This document shows positions 1-12,773 of a stretch of 64,000 nucleotides of DNA, piece by piece. Both the position numbers and the translations under genes were made by a program. The stretch spans positions 299,212,001-299,276,000 of the forward strand of contig OZ024743.1 of NCBI GenBank assembly GCA_964016885.1. The letters run 5' to 3'. Under the pieces are notes generated by a model. It was not told the DNA's origin and did no database searches. It worked only from the letters and a program-made list of their open reading frames with translations. The DNA comes from Eledone cirrhosa. Its lineage: Eukaryota. Numbering within the stretch: position 1 is the stretch's first letter; every line of letters begins with the position of its first letter.

Positions 1-78
1 GCAAATAAATAAATAAATATATAGACAGTCTGAATAAAAATGGCGTAGACATACAACACAACAGGAAGAAAATATAAC

Positions 79-120
79 ACCACTGACGATGTTGCAGATG
101 TGCAACGAAAGATTTATGAT
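79..120 (+). ncRNA. Degenerate minimal type I hammerhead ribozyme
   Basis: ACCA-CTGACGA-T-GTTGCA(GATG)TGCAAC-GAAA-GATT-TA-TGAT. Core and 6-bp stem II are perfect. Stem III is GATT (one change from palindromic GATC) and stem I has one mismatch. Confidence 0.55.
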
Positions 121-474
121 AAACTATATATATGTGTTTGTGTCTATATTGTATCTGTATTATTTTGACCGTCAGTCAGTTAATGGCAACATTGAGGACC
201 GAGTAAGTTAGATTACCGATATAAAAGACAGCGAGAAGCGAAAACCAACCAAACAGTGAGTGTGTTCTGTTATTAATTCTGGCAATATTACACAAATATG
301 ACCCTCCCCAAGTATAACAATATTTGTTTCGACACACGATTTCCCATAAAAAACCTCGCAAAATAAATTCGTCGCCGCTATATATATATATATATATGTA
401 TATATATAATCAAGCTTTCGTAAATAAGAAGTTTCAAAATAAATTTAAAAAAATTCACTGTACTTACTATGGTT

Positions 475-561
475 ACCTTTACCGAATCAGTTTCGAGTTT
501 CAAAAATAAATGGACAGTCCTTGCAGGCTTCCATTGAAAAGATAAACTCTCGTCAGAAGGT
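475..561 (-). ncRNA. Type I hammerhead ribozyme with enlarged loop II, intact core
   Basis: Minus strand reads ACCTT-CTGACGA-GAGTTT-(~43 nt)-AAACTC-GAAA-CTGATTCGG-TA-AAGGT. Stem I is ACCTT/AAGGT, stem II is GAGTTT/AAACTC, stem III is near-palindromic, and the cleavage triplet is GUA. Confidence 0.8.
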
Positions 562-597
562 TCTTTTAACTCGGAGAATATAAAATTCCCGAGTTCA

Positions 598-639
<42 letters not shown>

Positions 640-707
640 GATATCCACGGTATCTTGTGGGGTCCACATACACACAGGCATAGATGTATACATATGTATA
701 TATATAG

Positions 708-778
<71 letters not shown>

Positions 779-1094
779 TACATATACATATACAATCATA
801 CATACATATATATATATACATATATACATATATATACATATATATGTAAACACACACATACACACACACATATATATATATATATACACATATATACATA
901 TACATATATTCATAAATACACACACACACATATATACATATATATATATATATATTAGGTATAGGATTATCCAAGATGTAGTGATGGTTAATTACTACAC
1001 TGGATATGGTTGACGTACGGTAAGAGGTTACTCTACGAGTTATGGAAGAATTGTTCAAGAAACTTAGTTCCTGGTCCTTCAGTATTCCGGAGTG

Positions 1095-1599
1095 TATATA
1101 AAGAATGAATAATAACAGGTAGACATCATAAAAAGGTAATTTATTCCGTGTGCTTACAAGTGTTTCCACGGTGGTACTGCAGCCTAGTTCCGCTACGTGC
1201 AAATTCACAAGTATTTGCAGAACTCGAATATCCAATGCTGTGACCATTGTTTCCTTAGAGCAGAATGGTAAATGTACAATGTAAAAACCCTTAAGTGGGG
1301 TTGTTGGGGAAGATAGAGTGGAACAACCCCTGCATATCTTTCCTTCTCTCTCCTTCTTCCCTACTTTTCTCTCTTCCTGTTCCACTCTATCTTCCCCAAC
1401 AACCCCACTTAAGGGTTTTTACATTGTACATTTACCATTCTGCTCTGAGGAAACAGTGGTCACAGCATTGGATATTCGAGTTCTGCAAATACTTGTGAAT
1501 TTGCACGTAGCGGAACTAGGCTGCAGTACCACCGTGGAAACACTTGTAAGCACACGGAATAAATTACCTTTTTATGATGTCTACCTGTTATTATTCATT

Positions 1600-1608
<9 letters not shown>
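1095..1608. repeat. Near-perfect ~230-bp inverted repeat (1095-1325 / 1378-1608), probable Penelope-type inverted pLTR module
   Basis: Arms are reverse complements apart from a couple of substitutions, with a ~52-bp spacer. Each arm carries a hammerhead motif. The right arm runs into (TA)n. Confidence 0.9.
1441..1552 (+). ncRNA. Hammerhead ribozyme with long branched stem II
   Basis: TGCT-CTGAGGA-AACAGTGGT...ACCACCGTG-GAAA-CACTTG-TA-AGCA. The base of stem II is mismatched. The mirror copy (1151-1262, minus) has a mutated core CTAAGGA. Confidence 0.55.
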
Positions 1609-1638
<30 letters not shown>

Positions 1639-1788
1639 AATATACACATACATATACATATATACACATATATATACATACATATATATACATATATATA
1701 TAAGTTGAAAAAAAAAATGAAAACGAAATTTCATTTCTCACTCTTAGTATGGCACTTACTATCGTTCAACTATCTAGCAGATGGGTAT

Positions 1789-1831
1789 ACGGTGCTGATG
1801 ATAGCTAACAAGCTTGAAACTAGTACATCGT
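1789..1831 (+). ncRNA. Minimal type I hammerhead ribozyme, intact
   Basis: ACGGTG-CTGATGA-TAGCT(AACA)AGCTT-GAAA-CTAG-TA-CATCGT: 6-bp stem I, palindromic CTAG stem III, GUA site. Confidence 0.88.
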
Positions 1832-1999
1832 TCCTGTGTCAGTGTTGAACAAAAAGGTGACGTGGTTGCCTTAACACCGTATGGCATAAATTCAGGCTGT
1901 TCAGTTTGTTTACAAACGAACAAAGCGGCGTTGTAATAAGCGTCCGCTAAACTGATGCGTGCATATATGTATGTGTACCTGTATGTATATGTATATATG

Positions 2000-2032
<33 letters not shown>

Positions 2033-2091
2033 GCATGCTACTGTACGTCTGTATACATATATGTATGTACGTATACATACATACTTACATA

Positions 2092-2149
<58 letters not shown>

Positions 2150-2198
2150 CACACATACACATCTATATATATATATATATACATATACATACATACAC

Positions 2199-2248
<50 letters not shown>

Positions 2249-2508
2249 GCTCATACGCACGTACACACAGCGATATGCATACAAACGAACGGCCACTCAT
2301 ACAAATACATACAAACGTGTACTCATAAATATACGCGTATACACAGGCACATAAAACAGCTCTACAAGCAGACAATGCAGATAGGTAAGAGGTACTTACA
2401 TAACCATAGTGCCGTGTTTCAGGTTGAGGAGGGGTGCGGTGGGAAGGAGATAGAGGGGTTATTTTGTCGGCTGGCATTTAAAAAAGTAAAAAAAAGGGGA
2501 AGTCCGTT

Positions 2509-3746
2509 TTAGCCATCGGGCATTAACACGGGCTTAAGGTATTTGAAAGGTGCAAAGTTTGTGTGCATGCAGCTTGGGCAGTGTTCAGAGAGGTTGTTCA
2601 GTAGTGGCCCTTGGCGATAAAATTTCGCTCTCTTAGATACAAAGGTCGCAACACTTGTGTCCTCCGCTGTATGAGCGCGCTTTCTGGAGTATTTTCCATT
2701 TAAGGGTGAAGGGGTGAAGTTCCTTTTGATGTCCCAAACATAGGAGGCGAGTGATGTCTGGTTTGATTTGTCCGGTCTTCTGAAGGAGTTGGCATGGCCA
2801 TACCACCGGGTCTTAAAGTTATTGGAAGTCATCCCGATGTAAGTCTTTTTGTTATTGCAATCATCGGTGCCTGAGATGACATTGCATTTGTATACGATAT
2901 CATTTATCAAGCATTTGTTTTCAAGTGGGCATGCTTCCTTATTTAGGCAATTACACAAGGCCCCAGTCCTGGGATTGCGTTCGGGGGTGGTTGGCTTATT
3001 TAATTTTTTAGAATTGTGGTTGGCTATATTCCTAGCTAGGTTAGGTGTGGTGGAGTAGGAGAGTCTTATTGTGTTCTTATTAAAGATGGTGTAGTACCTA
3101 TGTTGTATAGGGAAGTGTGTGTTCAGCAAAGTGAAGAAAATCCTAGCTATAGGTGTAGAGACCTCTCTATTGAAGGGAGGGCTGTACCAGCTAATCTGCC
3201 TATGCCTATTCCTCCTATGCAGTCTTGCGGTGGTTTCTAGGTAGGTTATCTTTTCTTTAAATCCGCTGCGGGCGAGGACGTCATTGTAGTAGGCAGAGGT
3301 GTTAAAAATATCTTCATTAGCAGAGAGAGAGCAGAGATTCTAATGGAGACGCTTTTGACCAAGTTATCAGTGATGTTTTTGGGGTGGTTAGAATTAACAT
3401 TAATATATCTATGGGACTCATTAGGTTTGTGTTACGGGTAATAGAAGGAAGTATCTAGGTCGAGAGTGACATCTAAAAAGTTGGCCCTAGTCATATTAGA
3501 TTCTATAGTTATACTAAATCCTAGATTACGGAAGAACGAGCTTAAGCTTCTCCGAAACACATCGGTGGTTCTGGGGTTAACATTGTGCAGCGCGAAGGGG
3601 CCGCCGTCTCGGTATAAACCTCTGTTTAGGCCAGTAAAGAGGTTCTTCAGGTGATGTAAAATGTACAGGCCCACAAGGTCGCTAATTTCAGCCGATTCGG
3701 GATGATTTCTAAAGAATAAAACAGTTCTAGTCCTATAGAATCTCAT
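2509..3746 (-). mobile_element. Penelope-like element fragment, Naiad-type (RT C-terminal half, thumb, GIY-YIG endonuclease), disrupted
   Basis: RT motifs AEISDLVGLYIL, GLYRDG and NFLDVTLDL. Then SNHP and WYSPPFN, linker CNCLNKEACPLENKCL, nuclease IVYKC...KTYIGMTSNNFKTRWYGH and a frameshifted C-terminal CDLC. Stops and frameshifts are present. Confidence 0.85.
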
Positions 3747-5407
3747 CTATATTAAAACTGTTATACTCTGCTATGTATTGAGTCCCTTACTTACTGTGGG
3801 TACCTCCGATTCAACCCGGAATAACTTACCTATATATATATATATATATTTATTAAAATAACAGATTAAAGTTTAAGCAAAGAATCGTTGCTTTCACCCT
3901 TAACGGGATCTTCTATATTTGATATATATTTATCCTGATCGAGCCCTCTTTGGATTTTAGTCTTCAAATTTATTATTATTACTATATATAGTGGGTCTTT
4001 ACACAGTAGCCTTCTGTCAAATCCCAATCCCAATATATTGGTGAACCCCAAGCTATAATAGTACCACGTAATGTGAACGAACGCACAACGTATGTATGCA
4101 ACTGTCTATGGACATTATCTCGTTCATATGTTATGTTTCTAATATTTCAGTGAGTTATTGTAGTTGTTATTCAGCATCATGTTATTCCCCGAGGCAATGT
4201 TTCTTTATCAGTTCTATATCTAAAGCCTTCCTCAACCGTGATGACTTCCTTGAAATGTCTTATTTGAATAAGATTTGATTATTATTTCTCTGTGGTCGGG
4301 CGACACTATAGGATAACCATTGCTATGTTTTGTACTTGGAAGTAGATAGAGAAGGTTAAATGGTCCCAATTTGGAATGAAATTTCGATGCGGATTTATGT
4401 CACCGAAAACCAATCACTGAAATGCTGTTCCAATGACCCAAATTGCCTTAAAGTAGGGAACACTTTCAATACAGTCAATATTTATTTATCTCGCGTAAAT
4501 GTAATTTTCTTCAGTTTTCATTAATCTCAGCCAGCCTCATTGACCGATGTTTATTTCTTCTGTGTTTTTGGCACAAGGGTAGGAATGTTTGAACGACATT
4601 AGAGAAATAACAAAGCCTCGAAGTATGTGTTTGAAAATTTTAGTTTTTGTGTTTAAATGACGATTACATCTTTCCCTTTCGAAATAAAAAAAAAATGATC
4701 TTCCAAAGTCTGTGAATTGGCGACCTACAGTAAGCTGATTGTCCATATCATATTAACTAATTAGACTTTCTATAGCTAACTAGCCAAAACCAGAGAATTA
4801 AGTGTCTTAGTCAAGCTTGATCGCAAAGAATGATAAACTTCCAAATTTGTTAAGGAGAAAAATACTTATAACTCATTTTAAAGGCGAATAAGTCATATGA
4901 AGAAAAATAAAAATAAAAGGAATCATATGAAAACATTCAAAGTGATAATTTCAAAATCTATTCCACGAAGATTATTTCAAAAGACATTTAAATCAATCTA
5001 TTTAATTTAATAAAAAAAAAACATAGAAGAAAATAATATCAAATATGTAAATGGAGTTAAATTGGAGAAAAATTCCCGGTCTAAATTCATCTTCATCCAA
5101 ATAATTTAATTGCTTTTTCATTGTAAGAGAAGCATAATTAATTATCGTTGTTGATGCTTTCTTTAAGACACATTTTGTCATCCATTTATTAATCTATCTT
5201 CCATTCATTCCCTACATTCTATTCAACCATCCATCTAGCTGATATTTATTAAAGGCAAAACTGATTATTTAATTAATACAAATACACAATTAATTGACGA
5301 AAAGATAAAATGCGAAGGAAAGTATCAGTGTGTTTAGATTGAAAGATTGATAGCTAAACAAATAAGGATATATGGCTAAAGGGAAGCTAAGGTCGACGAA
5401 TAGAAAG

Positions 5408-5446
<39 letters not shown>

Positions 5447-5528
5447 TGGCCTCAGCCGGATGGCTGGTACAGGTAAAAGAGTAAAAAGAGTATATATATA
5501 TTAATATATATATATATATTAATATATA

Positions 5529-5591
<63 letters not shown>

Positions 5592-5624
5592 AGATTTATC
5601 TGAGAACGTGTGCTGAAACATGCT

Positions 5625-6306
5625 TATACTTTGGCAGGGTGATAAAAACCCACGCACCTGTTGTTTTCATATCAATTTATTACAAATTTCCAGTTGGTTG
5701 GTTTATTATCCGGATAGTTGTTAGTTACTTGTCAAAACTCTTTCGTCACACAGTCTGTGACCTCCTCAGTGACTAATTTGTTATTTTGTGTCTCTTCTTT
5801 GATCTGTCCTACACCAAAATAGACATATTCCTGAAGCAACAAACATAAACAAACTCCAACCACAATTAAACAGCAAACATGAGTGGAGTAGCAACAACAT
5901 CCCAACTACTAATTAAGGACTAGATAATAGATAGAGAGACAAACAAGAACAAACATAATAAAACAAACCAGACACACACAGGTAGAACAGGAAACCAACC
6001 AGTGACAATAAATAAACGTATAAATAAATAAATAATATAAATAAATAAATATAATGAATGCGCAACCATCCCAAATACACAGCATACAACACACAAAACC
6101 AAGATGGTGTATGAAAGACAAAGGAGAGACAAAAATAACAAATTTGTCACTGAAAAAGTCTCAGAATGTGTGACTAAAACTCTTTCACAATAAACAAACA
6201 ACCATTAAGTATTTAAACCAACAATCTGGAAATTTGTAATAAATTGAAGGGAAAACCAAGAGGTGCGTATGTTTTTATTGGCAGTGTGACCCGCCCAAAG
6301 TATAAC
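5625..6306. repeat. Diverged ~190-bp inverted repeat (5625-5815 / 6105-6306) carrying hammerhead motifs, flanked by (TA)n
   Basis: Arms share blocks such as GGAAATTTGTAATAAATTGA, AGGTGCGT and CCAAAGTATAA in inverted orientation. Same family as 22522-22804. Confidence 0.75.
5731..5773 (-). ncRNA. Minimal hammerhead ribozyme
   Basis: GTCA-CTGAGGA-G-GTCACA(GACTG)TGTGAC-GAAA-GAGT-TT-TGAC. A decayed mirror copy lies at about 6144-6190 (+). Confidence 0.7.
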
Positions 6307-6308
6307 AC

Positions 6309-6373
<65 letters not shown>

Positions 6374-6654
6374 TTTTTTTGCCTGATGAACTTGCAAGTA
6401 CACAAGTATAATCTCCATATATGTATAGTGTGTAATCTTATTTTTGCAATTTTATTTAAATTTCTCCCAGTGATTGGTTTCATCAATGTCGGGAAACCTC
6501 GGACTGTGCAAATTGAAAAATGGGTAATGTATATATAATTAATTAACTTGGAATGATGTGTGAGTTTGGTGCGTTTAATTAAATGAGGGAGATATTTGCT
6601 CTGTTTAGTGGATTAAATAGTGGGAATTGGTATAGCTGGCAAGTTGTTTTAAAA

Positions 6655-6841
6655 CACTTAAACTGTCGTGAAATATAATTTATCGACTGGTGAAGTGTAG
6701 GATTGAAGCAATAAAGCAATAAACAGTACAACAAATATAACTGCAAAAGTAAAAAATATATAACTGGTACTAGAAAGAAGGAAGATACAGATGGTTGTAA
6801 ATTAGACTTACGGTGAAAAACACATATGTCTATATGGTTGA

Positions 6842-6882
<41 letters not shown>

Positions 6883-6910
6883 AAGCGATAGGGAGAGAGA
6901 GAGAAAGCGA

Positions 6911-6948
<38 letters not shown>

Positions 6949-7106
6949 GTGAGAGAGAGAGAGAGAGAGATGTAAAATCACGACCGAGGCGCTAAGCCAC
7001 AGTCAGGATTTTATACATCTCTATAAACACTCTGCATGTACTCCCATAATTAGTGGTCTCCCATCTCAGCACCGCAGGCAATCCCTCTCTCTCCACACAC
7101 AATCAA

Positions 7107-7138
<32 letters not shown>

Positions 7139-7437
7139 CGTCGTCCCAGCCCCCCCCCCTCTCAAGCTTGAACCTAATACCAACACTGTTCGTACTGTAC
7201 TCTTTGTTATTGTTTTTGTTTTTTGTTTTTTAATTATATATATATATACACACAACCACATAGACATATATGATATTCAACATAAGTCTAATTACAACTA
7301 TCTGTATCTTCTTTCTTTCTAGCACTAATTGTATATTTTTTTATTTTTGTACCCATATTTGTCATACTGTTTATTAATTTATTGATTTAATCCCACACTT
7401 TACCAGTCGATAAATTATATTTCACGAAAATTTAAGT
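6655..7437. repeat. Diverged inverted repeat (6655-6842 / 7252-7437) around microsatellites and a central hairpin
   Basis: CGTGAAATATAATTTATCGACTGGT versus ACCAGTCGATAAATTATATTTCACG, and GAAGATACAGATGGTTGTAA versus TTACAACTATCTGTATCTTC. Confidence 0.75.
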
Positions 7438-8626
7438 CGAGTTGTATCACAATGTCTTTTGGCTGCTATCTCGAGCGGCATTATAAGCCTATCGCTTAGT
7501 GCTAATATGTTAGGATACATTTGATCAACAATGCAGCCTGCGTTTTTTGACAGCATACTGCCTGGGCAATTTGAAACGGTATGTATAATTTCTTGTTTAA
7601 TAGATACTTAGTTTTGAAGAACTAAACTCCCTGAAGAGTATTGCAGATTCTTCAATTATTGGTAATTCCAATAAAATTCTTCCGTTTGGTTTATACCATA
7701 AATTGAGTTTTCTTACTTAAATGTAATATACAATATTGCTTCTCTAAGTTTTATCTTATCTATATATTCTATCCACTCATTGAGATATATTAGAGACTAA
7801 TCAACCCTTAATATATATATATATTAGTAATAGGTAATTAAATATATCCAAGGAAGAGAACAACTCATGTCCGGACAGCAAGTTTCAATATAATTATTAA
7901 GGCCAGTTACTAAAATGGTGCAATAAAAAGTACATACGTTTCGTTAGCCATAAGGAACAACTTGTTTATCTTGTGCCGATGTAAATGAACCGGAAAATGT
8001 TTACTCCAAAACGAAAATACTGAACAATGGGGAAACAGAGAAAAGCAAACATCTATAGTCAGTGGAAACTCTCAAGAAACAACCTTAGGTCAATTGTTGT
8101 TTGGATTGGTATTCCCAGAAACACCCCAATTTTGGAAGGAAGCCAACCTCCCTAGATATGTTGACGATACGAAAGTAGCACAGGCAATTAAAATTGCACT
8201 TGTTCATGCAGATGTATTACAATGACATTTAAATGCCATATTGAAATAGGCTAAAGTCGATATGCAATCTGCTATAAAAAAACAAACACAAACGCACTAT
8301 AAACAAAGCTACTCAGAAACACAAGAGATTGCAATCACTGAGCGGGGGGTCTATGGTCATTCCGCACGAGAGTCCGGCAACCGCATTGATCTTGTGAAGA
8401 TATTTGCCCTAGCATCTATCTCATTGCTCTTAGCAATGGTAACCCCAGAGTGTCAAATTAACCGCAGAACCTGAAGTAATCCAATGATGCTATATATATA
8501 TATATATATATTAATAAGAGGAATTCCAACTTTGTTTGATTTACTCGTTTTATTTACAATCCTTTACAATTTATAATGGTATTATAATGAAATAGTATGA
8601 TAGAATATTAAATGTTAAGTGTTAAT

Positions 8627-8665
8627 TAAACAAGTTCTTTCATGCTTTCGCAATCTTCAGGTTCA
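8627..8665 (-). ncRNA. pLTR hammerhead ribozyme (3' copy)
   Basis: TGAAC-CTGAAGA-TTGC(GAAA)GCAT-GAAA-GAAC-TT-GTTTA. Confidence 0.75.
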
Positions 8666-9049
8666 TAATGTGTGGTGACAGACAAGTTTGCAATTTTCAA
8701 CTGTAATGAGATGGGTAAATTTTGTACCTTATATACAGTGAAAAGTGGCTCCAGAATGCTAAATCTTGCAAACTGTATTTCGACCAATCCGTGTGTAGTT
8801 TCACTGAATTACTAAAGCTGATTGGTTTAAGCGTCACGGTTGGTTGAGCATGTCTAACGATCTATTGATCCTATCCAAAGCATCAATTGTTTTGCTATTT
8901 TTAGAAATGATGAAAATAGCATTTTCTAGTAATCATCACCATCAACATCCCTTTTATTATTATTATTATTGTTGTTGTTGTTGTTCTTAGTGGTTGTAGT
9001 CGACATGGTCGTAGTCATAGTCATAGTAGAAGTAATACCCTAAGCGTTA

Positions 9050-12000
9050 TTATTGTTCATTTAGCTTGGGTTTGAATTTATCAATAAAATTCTTTTCTTT
9101 GATTTTTCTCTTGATTTCACTTGGGCGGTGTAATTTGTAGAATGGGAATATTATAAATATTCCCTGACCACATGTTGCTAGATGGTTACTTAAGGGTATC
9201 TGACGGACATTTGGGTCTCTGATTTGCTGACGCTGTACCCGTGCACGTTCCGATAGTGCATTTCCAGTTTGACCGACATATAGTTCTTCACAATTCGGGC
9301 ATTTAATGCAGTAAATCAGATTTCTGCTTTTGCAGTTCATTTTTGCATTTGGGAATATTTTTCGAGTTTTTGTTTTTATATATAGACCGGCGTGTATGGA
9401 TTGACATGTCCCGCATCGACTATCATTGCATTTAGATACAGTGAATGATTGGTCTTTGTTGTTAAGGTCAAACTTTGCTTTTGTTAGTAATTGCTTCACA
9501 TTTTTTGGCTGTCTTTTACTAAGAGTCAAAGATCGATCTGTGATTAAGCCTTTTAATTCATTACTTTGAGCAATGATCGGTAGGTTTGCTTTGGCAGTGT
9601 TGAAGATATTCTGGTGACATAGGTTGTGTGTCATTATAAATGGTATGACCAGTTCTTGGTTTCTTCTTCCTTGGGTTGTCTTAAGTTGTTGTATAGGTAT
9701 TTTTATAGCCCGCTGTATGCCATTTTCTATAAGTAGAGATGGGTATTTCTGTTTGAGCAAAAATTCTCTTAGTTCTGTTAGGCGTTTGTACCTGATATTC
9801 GTATCTTCCACAATGGTACAAATTCTTTTGGCTAGGCAGTATGGGATGTTGCGTTTTGTATGAGGAGGATGGCACGACTTAAAATTCAGATATTGTGTGT
9901 TTATAATATATATCCGTGGTAATGGTGGTGTCGTTTTTGATTATCATTATATCTAGGAATGGTAATGTGGTCCTACTAATCTCTTTTGTGAATTGGAGAG
10001 ATGGGTGTAGGTTATTCAGGAGGATATTGAACTCATCCAGAGTATCTAGAGATTCTGTCCAGATGATGAAACAGTTGACAAGGTATCTCTTCCAAGATTT
10101 TTCAATGTACTTTCTAAAGTCAGTACTATATTTTTCCTCTATTTCTTGGTAGAGTTGTTGTTCTAAGTATCCCATTAGAGAGTTCGCGTAAACAGGAGCA
10201 AACTTCGTTACCATCACTGTGCCTCTAATTTGGATGTAATTCTTTCCATTGAAGAAGAACGTGTTGTTTTCCAGAATAAGTTTAGCTGCGTCTAATATAA
10301 ATGGCTCTGTGACTCTGATGGGAATCACTTCGCTATGTTTTTCCACCCAGTATTTAACCGCCTTTATTCCTAAATCATGTGTAATGTTGGTGTAAAGGCT
10401 TACCACATCAAAACTAAGTAGAAGTGAATTCGTTTCCGTGGTTTTGGGAAGATGGGACAGGAAGTCGATATCATCCCGGATGAAACTGGGTATGTGGATA
10501 CATAGTGGTTTCAAAATAATGTCAACACAATTGCTTAGACGGTAGGTGGGCATATTGGGCCAGCTATAATAGGTCTAAGTTTTAAGTCTTTGGGGTGTAG
10601 TAATTTAATGTACTCACTGTTTTCTTCTCTTACTGCCAATTGTATTTCTTTTGACTTATGAACTTTCGGTAGACCATACAGGTTTCTGGGTTTTGGCTCA
10701 AAATTGGTGATGTAGTCTCTTTCCTTATCAGTAAGTGAGTTGTGATCTTCTTCATGATGTTGTGGTCTATATTTGACGGTATTTCATGATAGAATGTTGT
10801 GTCTTTCAGTTGTTCCTCAACCAAATCCTTGTAGTATTCAGTATCCATTATAACAACTGCACCCCCTTTATCTGCTTGTTTAAGTATTATTGTTTTATCA
10901 TTTTGTATACGTTTAAGTGCAGGCATTTCTGATTTGTTAATGTTTGGCCTAACATTAGTATTACGTCTAAGAGGAAATTTAGACAGGATGTCAATGTATT
11001 GGTCGAGATAGATATTTCTTCCTTTTGGCGGAGTGAAATTTGATTTATTCTTTACTAGTGATTCATCACTCTCATTACTTTTATCAGCGAAAAATTCTAC
11101 AAGACGTAATTTTCGACAGAATTCTTGAGTATACTCCTTCAGTTCTTGGTCGTTGATTGTTGGAGTCGGTGTGAATTTCAGTCCTTTTGACAGAATTTGC
11201 ATTTCATCATTGTCAAAATCTCTTTTGGATAAATTAATTATTTTAGGATCTACGTGTACAGTTGTTTTGGGTATGTTTCCTCCTGGAGTTTTTCTTTTTC
11301 CGGTTTTTGTTGTCCTGACGTTAAAAAATGGATTTTTCTATGTTCAGGATTTATATTCCTGTTGGTGTACGCTTGATGAACTTTTGGTCGTGATATTATA
11401 TTTGGTTTCGTTATGTATTTTGTCCTATTTTTGGTATTATGTATATTATTTTTCCTGTTAGCATTATTTTTAACAATCTGGGGAAATGACCTAGGTTTGC
11501 TTTCAGGTTTAGATCGTTTTTTCGCCCAGTTTCTTGTGGGTAATCTCTGTTGAGATCTTGAGAGTGATCTGGTTATTCTACGTTTTGTTTCCAAATTCCT
11601 TGTTGGTAGTCTCTGTTGAGATCTTGAGAATGATCTCCTGGTTTTACTACTTCTCATTGTCTGATCAAAGGAATATCTATCGTGTTTGTGCTTTTTGTTC
11701 AAGTTGTGTGCGATAGGGTGTTTTTGTAGAAAAAGCGAAGAGTTATTACCGTAGTTCACTTTGATTCAAGGTAAGGTGGGTGTTTGTGTTGGCACGTGTT
11801 CTGGCGTATGTTGTGTTGGTAAGATTGTCCACTTTTAATGCTTTTTCTCAGGGTTCCAGAGTCTTTACCGTAATTTGCAGCATATTCGTCCAGAAATAAT
11901 TGTTTCTGCTGCCATACCTTTCTTGATTTGTTTTGTTCTTTTGAGATATCTCTGATTTATAGTTCTCGTAGTTTTTCAGCTATAATACCAGTCGTTAGCT

Positions 12001-12531
12001 TTGAAATTTCAACTTCAATTTGGTCATCGATAGCTTCATATTTGGCTTTGCAGCGGGATTGTTTACATTGAGAAATGGTTCTCCTGCAATTTCTGTAATT
12101 AGATATTTACGAGGGAGTATGGGTGCCGTTAGAGAGAGCCATTTCGAATGTGTTTCGACATATTTTTCGCATTTGTATGCTTTCCAGAAGTTTTGTTTTC
12201 TTATGTTAAGAAATTTTTTCCATGTCTTCCACATTTCTTTTTTTATTCGATGTGTTTTGTTTTCCAAATTTCTTCCGTTTAGTTCTGACATCCAAGGGCG
12301 TTGTGGTAGGCTTTCTCTTGTATCTTTGATAAGTGTTGGTATAATTTCAGCTAAATTCTTAATTTCCGAGTTTATATGTTCAGTTATAAGTTTTACGTCT
12401 GTAGATTGTTTTTCTAATTCCTTTAAAATAGAGGATTGTGTGTCAATCATCGTGATAAGTGTTGATAATTTCGATATCTCCTTTAGAATTCTTTCTGATT
12501 CTGTTGATTTCATTTGTTGCTTTCCAGACAT
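9050..12531 (-). pseudogene. Frameshifted PLE polyprotein: N-terminal extension, RT, GIY-YIG endonuclease
   Basis: ORF pieces 11995-12558, 11250-11759, 10630-11202 (LSKGLKFTPTP, ADKGGAVVIM), 9879-10553 (SFDVVSLYTNI, QIRGTVM, KRYLVN for decayed YIDD, LPFLDI) and 9050-9811 (CNDSRCGTC, NLIYCIKCPNCEELYVGQTG, FIDKFKPKLN). Confidence 0.9.
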
Positions 12532-12732
12532 GTTGGCATATACACAATAGGAATACATATATATAGATAGATAGATAAATATACACGGGTGTGTATGATT
12601 GTGTATAGAAGATTATATTAATAAGAGGAATTCCAACTTTGTCTGATTTACTCGTTTTATTTACAATCCTTTAAAATTTATAATGGTATTATAATGAAAT
12701 AGTATGATAGAATATTAAATATTAAGTGTTAA

Positions 12733-12773
12733 TTGAACAAGTACTTTCATGCTTTCGCAATCTTCAGGCTCAA
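12733..12773 (-). ncRNA. pLTR hammerhead ribozyme (5' copy), intact minimal/dimer-type
   Basis: TTGAGC-CTGAAGA-TTGC(GAAA)GCAT-GAAA-GTAC-TT-GTTCAA: 6-bp stem I, GNRA-capped stem II, palindromic GTAC stem III. Confidence 0.85.

Noticed and set aside
1040-1095. Minus-strand CTGAAGG followed by hairpin CCAGGAAC/GTTTCTTG
   Set aside because: The core deviates and no GAAA/UH/stem I follows. At most a decayed remnant.
7625-7720. CTGAAGA-GTATTG...CAATA
   Set aside because: No intact GAAA and stem III. Cannot be supported as a ribozyme.
7928-7950. Minus-strand GAAA-CGTATG-TA half motif
   Set aside because: I could not find the matching CUGANGA half.
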